64,000 nt of DNA. It comes from Ginglymostoma cirratum (lineage: Eukaryota). This document shows, in pieces, positions 54,597 to 64,000 of the stretch. Location of the stretch: contig JAHRHZ010000004.1 in assembly GCA_024137785.1 (NCBI GenBank), positions 19,432,034-19,496,033 of the forward strand, read 5' to 3'. The notes beneath the pieces were generated by a model. It was given only the letters and a program-made list of their open reading frames with translations. It had not been told where the DNA came from and did no database searches. Positions within the stretch are counted from its first letter, which is position 1. The number at the start of each line of letters is the position of its first letter. The translations under genes were made by a program, and so were the position numbers.

Positions 54597-57324
54597 ATAA
54601 AATTAGGCAGACTACTTCACAAATATGAAAGGAACTGCATGAGCAAACTCTGCAAGGATTACATTGAATTCACAAAAATGAATCTCACTTACACACATTT
54701 GGTGAACTCAGGGAAGTCTGACCGTCTGACCCAAAGGTTCAGCCAGTTGGGACACAAGAAAACCTGGTGCATGAATTATGCTAAAGATTGGCTTGTGTTG
54801 CTTTGGAAGTACCCCACAGATGAGAAGATACATGCTCCAATATATCCCACAGAAAAGCAATGTCAGAGCAGTTTAGTTTTGGACACAAATTCAAGTTTTG
54901 TCTCTCAACATCAAAAACTACTGAAGTGCACAAACACAACTGTATCTCTATCAAGCAATGTGACATCAAAATGCTGCGGATTCTATTTCTAACTTGTCAC
55001 TGTGCTTTGGCTGCCACTGTATGTGTACACATCAGCCTCTAGTAGAGGTAAGCAAATTGCTTAGCCTGGTTTATTCTTGAATGCAGAAATTGGTCATCCC
55101 ATTGAATGCTACCATTCAGTTTTCTCCCCACACAATGATTTGATAAATTGTTTGTAGTTATCTTGTTCAGTAATTAGCTTGTAAATTTCTTACAACTTAG
55201 CACTGGAACTAAACTGTATTAACATTTAATGGCAATTCTGGTACATTTTAATTTGCTACAACTTTCTCTAATAATGAGAAACCTGAATGGGAGAGAGAAG
55301 ATAACAATTGCTTCAGATGGAGATAAAGAACTGGTATTTAAAATAACATTCTTACAAACATCACTTTTCATAGCTTCAGGACAACCCCAAACAAATTACT
55401 TCTGAGGACTGGTCATCTTCAGGTCAGGAAATACAGCTGTAAATCACTTATTTTGGAGTGAGCTGAATTGGTATCTGTATTCAGAACCAAAGCACAGTGA
55501 CAAGTTAGAAACAAAATGTGGGGTAAGTGCACATCAATATCCATCTCCTACTCAACTTCAGCCAGCTTGTTGAGGGGTGGTACTGATGCTCAGCCAGCCA
55601 GTCTCAAAAGGAGTTACTGCAAAATGTTCCAGAGTATACAGCCAGGCATACGACCATGTCTGTCAAATAGTTGGAAGTCATTGTCCATCTGTCACCAGCT
55701 AATGTCAGCGCATGGCACTGCTTAGAGGGAAGAAAGTTTTATTAAAAAGGAGTGTGTAACTGAGCCACACCAGTGGAGGGCAGAGATTTGATTTATGGTC
55801 TGAAAATTAATTTTTAAAAATGTGCAAAAGTACAATTAGCCTTTCGGTGATTGTAACAATGGCAGTGGTGGTGTTTTATTTCGGGGGGGGGGGCGCGCAG
55901 AGAGAGAGAGAAAATACACAAAGTTCTCAAACTAGTTTCTAATAAAACTAGAAAACGTGGGCATGTGCAGACTGGGCTGTGCCTGGCCAGGCCCATCTGT
56001 TTCACCCGAAGTGGAAAGCTTACTGAGAGTTATTATTCAGGGCCACATGAAGAATGGCCACTGGACAAGATAGATAGCCAAGCCGTAATGGAAGAAACCT
56101 GGCCTAGCAATGGGGAGCAAAGAGAAAACAGCACAAAAAGGCAACTTAAAAGTCAAAGACCACAACGTGGTTTATACTGAGGTTGGTCAGTATAAACCAA
56201 CCAAGGCAAGTAAAACATTGGTGAATCAAGGTAATTCAAACAACAGACATCATTTAGAGGTGCGTGAAAAATACCAAATGGAAGAAGGAACTGATAAATG
56301 AAAATCAAAAAGATACATTATGGAGTAGGAAGTTTAGTAATTTGAAGAAACGTTAGATGGAAACCCATGCATTACTGTTGTTCGGATGCTGTCAAATAGT
56401 AGTTGTGTTAGTGTGTAGTATATGTATGGCAGTTGACTTTCTTAACCTCCAGATCATACCTCATACTTCATTCCTTCTCCTGGATCCTAGTGCAATTAAC
56501 TAGTTACCAATGAATGAACACAAGGCTAAATCTTGCAACTGTCAGAAATTTAGCAATGTCTGGAAATGTTAAAAAGCAAAGCAAAAGCAGTTGCCAATTC
56601 AGAATATGTTCATAATAACACCGCGATAAACATTGTGCTGAGCACAAAGATTTATTAAAAATATATAAATCACTGCAGACTTTTTACAATGATCTGAAGG
56701 TTAGCGGAATAAACCGGCCTACCTTAATTCAGCAATTATATTCACAATTGTTCTGTCTACAACTGTTTACATTTAGTTGAACACATACCTGTGCCCAGCA
56801 CAGAAAGTCAGGGTCCATTCTCTCTCGCTGAGATATTTGATGATTAGCACTTGCTTTCCATCTTGAACACATCAAAGAGAGTAGGCCACTTGCTCTCTGG
56901 CATCCTCAGGTGCAAGTTATGCTGAAGGTGCAACTTGAGGCATTAAAACATTTTGCACTTTAAGTCATTTTAATAATGAGACGGTGAGGAGGTAGAAGTG
57001 AGGGGAACAGTGGTAGAGCATTTAAGTCAGATTTGTGGATCATCTTGGGAAGCAAGCAGGGCTTCAACCTTTCCTAGTGCAACACAGAATCATTACCAGA
57101 CCTCATGTAGAGCAAAAGGTTGACCAATAGCTGAGCATGTCAAGGAGGGGAGGGGTTGGGGGAAAGATTTTGCTTTTACTGATTGAGATTGGTGCATAAT
57201 CTTTCCAAAACCTACAACAGACATTCAAGAAACTTATAAAACTGTACCTGCTTGAACAATTGACTGCGCCACTGTTGGTCATCAAGCCCCCAAACTTTCT
57301 AATAAAATCCACATCCTGGTTGTT

Positions 57325-57515
57325 GAAAAAAAATAATTTGCTGGAAACACTCAGTAGGTCGGCAGCATGTTGCAAGACAAAAACAGACTTCTGAAGTCAT
57401 ATGATTCATTAATACTGGTTCTCTGTTTTCATAGGTTCTGAAACATCTTCAGAAGTTTGTTTGTGTTACCAGATGCTGCCAAGCCCATTGAGTATTAGTC
57501 GCACTTTGTTTTGTC
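57325..57515. mobile_element. Highly decayed fold-back element, same class
   Basis: GGCAGCAT..AAACAGACTTCTGAAG / CTTCAGAAGTTTGTTT..ATGCTGCC. Confidence 0.5.
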
Positions 57516-58249
57516 ACAAGTGTTGATGAGTGGATTCACATGGAGATTAGGGAGCATGGCCATTTTGAGCAGGAAATGTCAGCAAACAGGATGGTCATTC
57601 ATGAAATATGGAAGATTAGGTTTGAAGTGCCAAGAGCTCCTCTCATTTCAAGTCATGTGCATGGCCAGCAAGCAGTCCAGTTGGCAGAGTCGCATATATA
57701 CAGCAAAACGACAATTTGTTGAAGACAAGCCTTACTCACCACTGCTTTTTTCTCATTACCTTTGAAATGATTCTAGTTTAGTGGAGAATTTTTGCTCATG
57801 ATGTTTACTGATAATCTTTCACATTAGTTCCTGTGTATGAAAGCAGTGGTCACATGACACAGAGAACAATTACACTGTGAAAGGTACGAATGGTCTGTTT
57901 GGATTATTCTCTCATCACACGGCCAGAGAAACAGTAAAAAAAAAACTCAATTTCTGCTGATATTCCCTTTCATGTCTGCACTACTTCAGTTATTTCAGGC
58001 AGGGTAAACACCTGAAGCTAAATGGATATCCCTGATCTAAAGCTACTGCTGCACCTGTAAGGAGATTGTTTGTGCACTATGTAAAGCAGACAGAACAGCT
58101 GGTCCATTAAGTACAATGACTTTTTCCTCTAATTTGAGCAGAAATAATCAGATCTAATTCTACTCCATCACAGCTGCAAACAACCAGAACAAAAAAAGTA
58201 TGGATCTGGATATTCACATTCTAGCAAAAGACTGGTGCTGCACTGCAAC

Positions 58250-58745
58250 TTGTACAGGACAAGATGCTATTCAGCCCATCAAATCTTGTCATTTCTTCCA
58301 AAGAGCTGTCCAATTAGTCCTACATCATTCTGTTCTCACGTTCCTGCATTTTCTCATTTGTCAAATTCCCTTTACTTTCAAATTGCTTCCACCACATCAG
58401 GCAGTGCATTCCATATCTTAACTAGTCATTGCAATAAGAAAACTCTCAGTTTTTCAGTCACTTAAAATCTGTTTCAACTGATTTTTTTTAACCCGTCAGC
58501 CACTACATACTAGATAGCAAGGTGTGGAGCTGGATGAACACAGCAGGCCAAGCAGCACCATAGGAGCAGGAAAGCTTGACGTTTCGCACCTAGACCCTAG
58601 TTCTCTTTACCTAAGCCCTTCAAGATTTTAAGCATCTGTATCAAGCTCCCTCTACAATTTTTCTGCTCTCAAGGAGAATAACCCACTTTGCTACAGTTTA
58701 TCCATTTAACCGCAATCCCTCAGTCATGAAAACTTTCTAGTCAGT
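58250..58745 (-). mobile_element. Decayed CR1-type LINE 3' end
   Basis: GCTATTCAGCCCATC, GGCAGTGCATTCCA, AAGCCCTTCAAGATTTT..CTGTATCAA antisense CR1 motifs. Confidence 0.55.
58513..58600 (-). mobile_element. Single arm of the 6.5-kb Penelope-like element, within a CR1 fragment
   Basis: GGAGCTGGATGAACACAGCAGGCCAAGCAGCA..GGAGCAGGAAAGCTTGACGTTTCG matches 6489-6546. Confidence 0.7.
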
Positions 58746-58999
58746 CAATCTCCTAGGGAAGGTGCTAACCTTGTGTAGGGTCTTCGGACCTGTAATCCAG
58801 AGACCTAGGTGATGTTCTAGGGACTCAAGTTTGAGTCCCATTGTGGGAATTTGAATTAAAAGTTTAATGATTACTGAACCAGATGGTTTCATGGTCATGT
58901 CTTTTGGGGAACAGAACTGCCAACCTCAGACCCCAAACCCACAGCAATATGGTTGACTCTTAGTTGCCCTTTGAAAAGGTTTGGCAAGTTATTTAGCGG

Positions 59000-60740
59000 T
59001 ATCAATCACCAGAAAGGACTAGACAGCGACGTGGTACTAGAGACAACAAATACAGCCCCTGTCCACGCTGCTTATTGGGGGCTAGTGCCACATATCCACA
59101 TTCAACCATCACCATCAAGCCAGGGGATCAACCATGGTTGGAAGAGGAGTACAACTGGGCATGCTAGGACCAGTGCCAGACCAGACATAAAAGTGCGATG
59201 TCAGTCTATGAAGCCACAACATATGCAAACAGCACAGTAGAAAATAACACAACTAAGAGATTCCGCAACTCCCAGATCAATCACAAGCTCTGCAGGCCTT
59301 CCACATCCAGTTGTGAATGGTGGTGGATAATTAACTCACTGGAGGAGGATGCTCCACAAACCTACTCTTCCTTAATGGGGAGCTCAGCACATCAGTAAAA
59401 AAATGATATGGCTGAAGGATTCACAATAATCTTCTGCCAGAAGTACTGAACGGACAATCCAAATTTGTTCTCCTCTAGAAGCTCCCAGCACTACAGATGC
59501 TAGTGTTCAGCCAATTTGATTCATTCCATGTGATATCAAGAAACAGTTGGAGACGTTGGATACTAGAAAGGCTTTGGGCCCCGATAACATTCCAGCAATG
59601 GTACTGAAGACTTGTGTTCCAGAACTTGGTGCACCCCTAGCCAAGCTGTCCGAGTACAGCTTCAACACTAGTTACAACTTGACCATGTGGAAATTTACCC
59701 AGGTATTCATGCATGCAAAAACCAGGACAAATCCAACTCAGCCAATTATCACCCCATCAGTCTACACTCTATCAGAGAAGTGATGGAAGGTGTCATGAAC
59801 CAGCAATTGCTCAGCAACAACCCACTCATTGACACTCAGTTTGGGTTCAGGCAGGGTCACTCAGGTGTTAACCTCATAATAGCCTTAGTTCAAACAGGGA
59901 CAAAACAGCTAAATTCTAGAGGGGAGGTAAGAGTGCGACTGCTCTTGACATCATGGCCACCTTTGATGCATCAAGGAGCTCTCACAAAGCTGGAATCAAT
60001 GGGTATCAGGAGGCAAAACTCTCTGCTGGATGGAATTATACCTGGCACAAAGGAAGCTGGTTGTGGTGGTTGGAGTTCAGTCATCTTATATCTCCGTAGC
60101 TCCTCACTGTAATGTCCTTAATCCAAAGAACTTCAGCTGCTTCACCAATGATGTTCGCTCAACAATAAGGTCAGAAATGGGAATGTTTGCTGATGACTGT
60201 ATAATGGTCAGCACCATTTGCCCCTTGACAATCAATGGTATAACCAAACACCCCACTAACATTCTGGGGTTACCAGTGACCAAAAAGTGAACTAGACCAG
60301 TCATAGAAATACAGTAGCTAAGAACAGGCCAGAGTCAGGAAATCTTGCAGCAAATATCACCTGATTCCCCAAAGGCTGGCCACCATCCGCAAGGCACAAG
60401 TCAGGATGGATACTCTCCACTAGCCTGTAGAAGCCGGTGGCTGCAACAAAAGCTTGATACCATCCTGGACAAAGCAGCCTGCTCGACTGGCATCACATCC
60501 ACCGTCTTTAACATGCACTTTTTCTACCACTGACGCTCAGCAGCAGTGTGTACTACCTACAAGATGCACTGCAGAAATTCTCCCAAGGGTCCTGAGAGAG
60601 CACCTTCCAAACCCAAAACCACTGCCACCTAGAAGGACAAGGTTAGCAGATACATGGGAACACCACCACCACCAGCAAGTTCTCCTCCAAGTCATTCACC
60701 ATCCTGACCTGGAAATATACCGCCATTCCTTCGGTGAGTG
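59000..60740 (+). mobile_element. Degenerate CR1/L2-clade LINE (RT domain to 3' end)
   Basis: KALGPDNIPAMVLKTCVPELGAPLAKL, KSNSANYHPISL, QFGFRQGHS, MFADDC. Confidence 0.85.
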
Positions 60741-61769
60741 GTCAAAATCTTTTGCTCACCTGATCTCCCAATGAACTTGGGTGCTTTGGAACCCTCCCCT
60801 GTGAAGCACCCTGGGGTGTTTTATTACATTAAAGGCACTACGTAAGTTGGTTAAAGAGGGATTTTATTTTAAAAAGGCAGCTCTTGGAAGATATACAGGA
60901 GGTGGAAGTGTTTAATGAATTAAAGGCAAAGCCAATTATGTTCAAGTAGCCAGATTGGAAAAGCACATATTCCTTGTATGGTTGCAGGGCTGGAAGAGAT
61001 TAGAGATGGAAAGATACAAGACCACAGAGATTTGAAAATAAGGTTGACAATTTCCTTTTAAATGGAGGGAAATTTTAAAACCACAGCAAAAAGCAAGACA
61101 ACACCCCCAAAACAGTTGCTCTACTGCAGAATTTTGAAAATAATTCTAAAATATCACATTCTCATGTATTTTATTTTAAAACAAGGTTGATAGGAGTGTA
61201 CTCTAAACTAGAGTGATCAGATGTATTCTGAGCCTTTCACCATTAAATTCCGGCTTTCTATTTATACTGCAGCTGCAGTCAGGTTCACAAAGAAAATTGA
61301 AGTGGAGGTTAAAGGCTTGTTCCGTTTTGCCATTAAATCCCCAACATCCCCGTACTGGTTTGTTTTTCCATCCGCAAACAACTGCTTGCTCGAAGATGAA
61401 AAATCAAAACAGGAAACTTTATAAAATATCTTTGAAGACATTTGGGTGCAGGACCATTTTTTAATGTTGTTCAGCCGGGTGCAAATGACAAATTCATCAT
61501 GTCCACAAACCTAGCTTTTAATAAAATGCAAACTTATGGTGAGCTCAAGATTTATGTTGTCAACAATGGAATGCACAGCAACATAGCCTGCTTCTGGGAG
61601 TCTATGTCAGTGACCCAGCACAAAGCACAGATGGCGACGTGATGGAAGGTTAAACTAGGAGGAAGGTGGAATGCTGGAGAGATTCCACTTGCAGTGCAAA
61701 TGGATCTAGCAACTACTTGTCAGTCACTTGTGCCTTAGGTGTGGCATAGCGCTCTCAATTAAGGATCTC

Positions 61770-62240
61770 CAGTTTACAGAGGAAAAACTTCTTTATTCAG
61801 CGGGTGGTTAATGTCTGGAACTCTCTCCAGCAAGTAGTAGACACTGGTCATTGACATTGTAGGAGGGAATGTGATAACACTGGAGAGGGTGGAGAGAAGA
61901 TTTACCAGGGTGGTGCCTAGGCTGGACAGTTTCAGTTGTGGAGAGAGATTGAACAGACCGAGGAAGGGACATGATTGAGATGTATAAAATATGGAGGGGC
62001 ATAGAGTAGACAAGATGAAACATTTCCCCTTGGTACAAGGATCAATTAAAGGGCCAGAAGTTTTAGAGAGGACAGTAAAAACCTTTCAACCAATGAGTGA
62101 TGAGTATCTGGAGCACACTGCCTGCAGAAGTCAGAGGCAAAAACCCACATAACATTTTAGTAGTATTTAGATGTGCACGTGTAAAGCCATGGCATACAAG
62201 GCTATGGGTTAAGTGTTATATAATGGGATTAGAACTGTTG
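61770..62240 (+). mobile_element. CR1 LINE 3' fragments
   Basis: TTCTTTATTCAGCGGGTGGTTAATGTCTGGAACTC; GAGAGGGTGGAGAGAAGATTTACCAGG. Confidence 0.7.
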
Positions 62241-62242
62241 GT

Positions 62243-62345
62243 AATAACACAGTGTGGAGTTGGAGGAGCACAGCAGGCCAGGCATCAGGGGAGCAGGAAA
62301 GTTGGCATTTCGGGTCGAGACCCTTCTCAGAAAAAAATTCTCAGC
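62243..62345 (-). mobile_element. Single arm of the 6.5-kb Penelope-like element
   Basis: CACAGCAGGCCAGGCATCAGGGGAGCAGGAAAGTTGGCATTTCGGGTCGAGACCCTTCTCAGAAAAA. Confidence 0.65.
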
Positions 62346-63039
62346 AAAGACAAACAGTTGGTGGTTGTTTTTGACCAGCGCAGATGCAAAGGGCTGAAAA
62401 TCTGACTAGCATATTCAAAGCCAAGCGAAACCATTTTTGATTGAAAAAGCAGTCGAGAGTTATGGGAGACAACCAAGAAAATGAAGTTAGAGCCATGATG
62501 GATCTGCCACGAGCACATTGACCAGTGGAGCAGGCTCAAGGGCTCAATGGATAACTCCTGTTCCCATTTCATATGATTACACAATAGTCAATCACTAAAT
62601 CAGACCCCAGATCAACCATGGGCAAGAAAACTTCTTGTTAACTGCCATCTACCTCTCTCTTCAGTGATAAATCAGTACCTTTCCATGTTGACCACTTGGA
62701 AGGTTTGCTAAGAGTAGCAAATGTGCAAAGTGTACTCTGGATAACCAAGATGAGAGCCGCTACTGACCAATCAGTCTGGAAGGACACAGTTGACAGCCTG
62801 GGCCTGCAAGTGCAGCAAGATGGAAAGGCAAATTGGCCTTTGCCCTTGCCAATTTACTTGTCACAGATCGAACTATCCATTGTAACCTAGTAGGTAGGAG
62901 CAATCTCTTAAGTCCTGGAGGAGATGAAGTCCCATCTTTCATGGTCTGGTGCTATCACTATGCTGAACAGGATAGTTTCAGAACTGGCAATTCAAAACTG
63001 GGCATCTGCGGTACCAATACTTGGTCGATGATTGGCAAC

Positions 63040-63830
63040 AAGCATGCCACAGAGAGCAGAAATAATCTCTAAAACCAAATGGAACAAGATCAGAAATTTG
63101 TAGTCTGCCATACTCAGTCATGAAAGTTGATGGACAAGTAGGGTCCAATAACACCCTATTGTCAACAATGGTAAAGCTGAGATGAATGCAAAAGACAATA
63201 CTGAAGCATTTACAACTTGTAACCTTTATTCAAGAGTGCTGAATGATCAATTTCAGCCTTCTCTTGGAGGACCCACAATCTCAAAAGCCAATCTTTAGCC
63301 AATTAATTTCAATTGATAAGGAAATAGCTGAACATACGGCATACAAAACCATCTTGGCTAAGATCAACATCTAGCTGTAACAAAGACTCGCCCTCCAAAA
63401 CTAGTTGCACTTTTTGTCAAGGTGCTGTGCTACACCTACAATGACAGCTTCCTGTGCCCAGCGATGTGCTGTCTAGAAGAAATGCAATCTGGCTACTCTC
63501 AAAGACGAGCAAGGTGATTCAAAATGCTGACAACAGCACTACCAAGGTGGCACTTTCACCAGTAAGTGACTCAACAGTGATGCACTTCAGTTTATTAGGA
63601 CCCCTCAATCAAGGCTTCGTTATCAGCTCATTCCAATCAAAGGAGTTGAATTGCAGAGGTGAGATGTGAATGATTGCACTTAAAGTGTGGCATCAAGTAG
63701 TTCTACTTAAAATTGAACTCAAGGGAAAACAGCGTAAAATTCTCCATTGGTTCAAGTCACTAGCGCATGACCAGAATACTTGTTGGGAGGCCAATTTGTT
63801 CAGTCCTGGAACCTTAATCATTGACAAGAT
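63040..63830 (+). mobile_element. Older fragment of the 59-60.7 kb LINE family
   Basis: CAGTCTTTAGCCAATT-like segment, CTCCAAAACTAGTTGCAC, AAGTGTGGCATCAAG parallel 59500-60000. Confidence 0.55.
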
Positions 63831-64000
63831 TGTTGGAGGAGTTTGGGTTTGCATGGATTTAGGATCAGCACCAGTAGTTTAAAGGGGAGATTAAAATGAT
63901 TTTCTTGGCATAGAATGGGTTGCTTGAGGATTGAATGAGTCATAAGAATCCAGTGGAGACAGTCAACCATAACACTGAACAGGAAAGTTGAGGAATATTA

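Noticed and set aside
52000-64000. SSU72 exons 1-2 (catalytic CSSNQNRS motif)
   Set aside because: Not found in the ORF track or by reading; they must lie beyond the window end

Overview
Vertebrate genomic DNA, very likely a shark or other elasmobranch, judged by HE1/V-SINE, SacSINE-like Deu-SINE, CR1 and Rex1/Babar repeats. It covers the conserved ATAD3A-TMEM240-SSU72 syntenic block (human 1p36.33). The + strand carries the last 9 coding exons of ATAD3A (1062-30084), including Walker A/B, the arginine finger and the stop. The - strand carries a complete 4-exon TMEM240 (44837-46682, 173 aa) and the last 3 coding exons of SSU72 (47597-51925), the first of them preceded by a U12-type branch point. 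Introns and intergenic DNA are filled with decayed LINEs and SINEs. The most unusual signal is a recurring family of ~200-250 bp fold-back elements with 12-15 bp target-site duplications and an asymmetric tail. They carry a minimal type I hammerhead-ribozyme-like core with co-varying stems, consistent with non-autonomous Penelope-like retroelements. There is one 10-N gap beside a collapsed local duplication. Human exon and residue numbering and repeat family names are from memory, not from a search.
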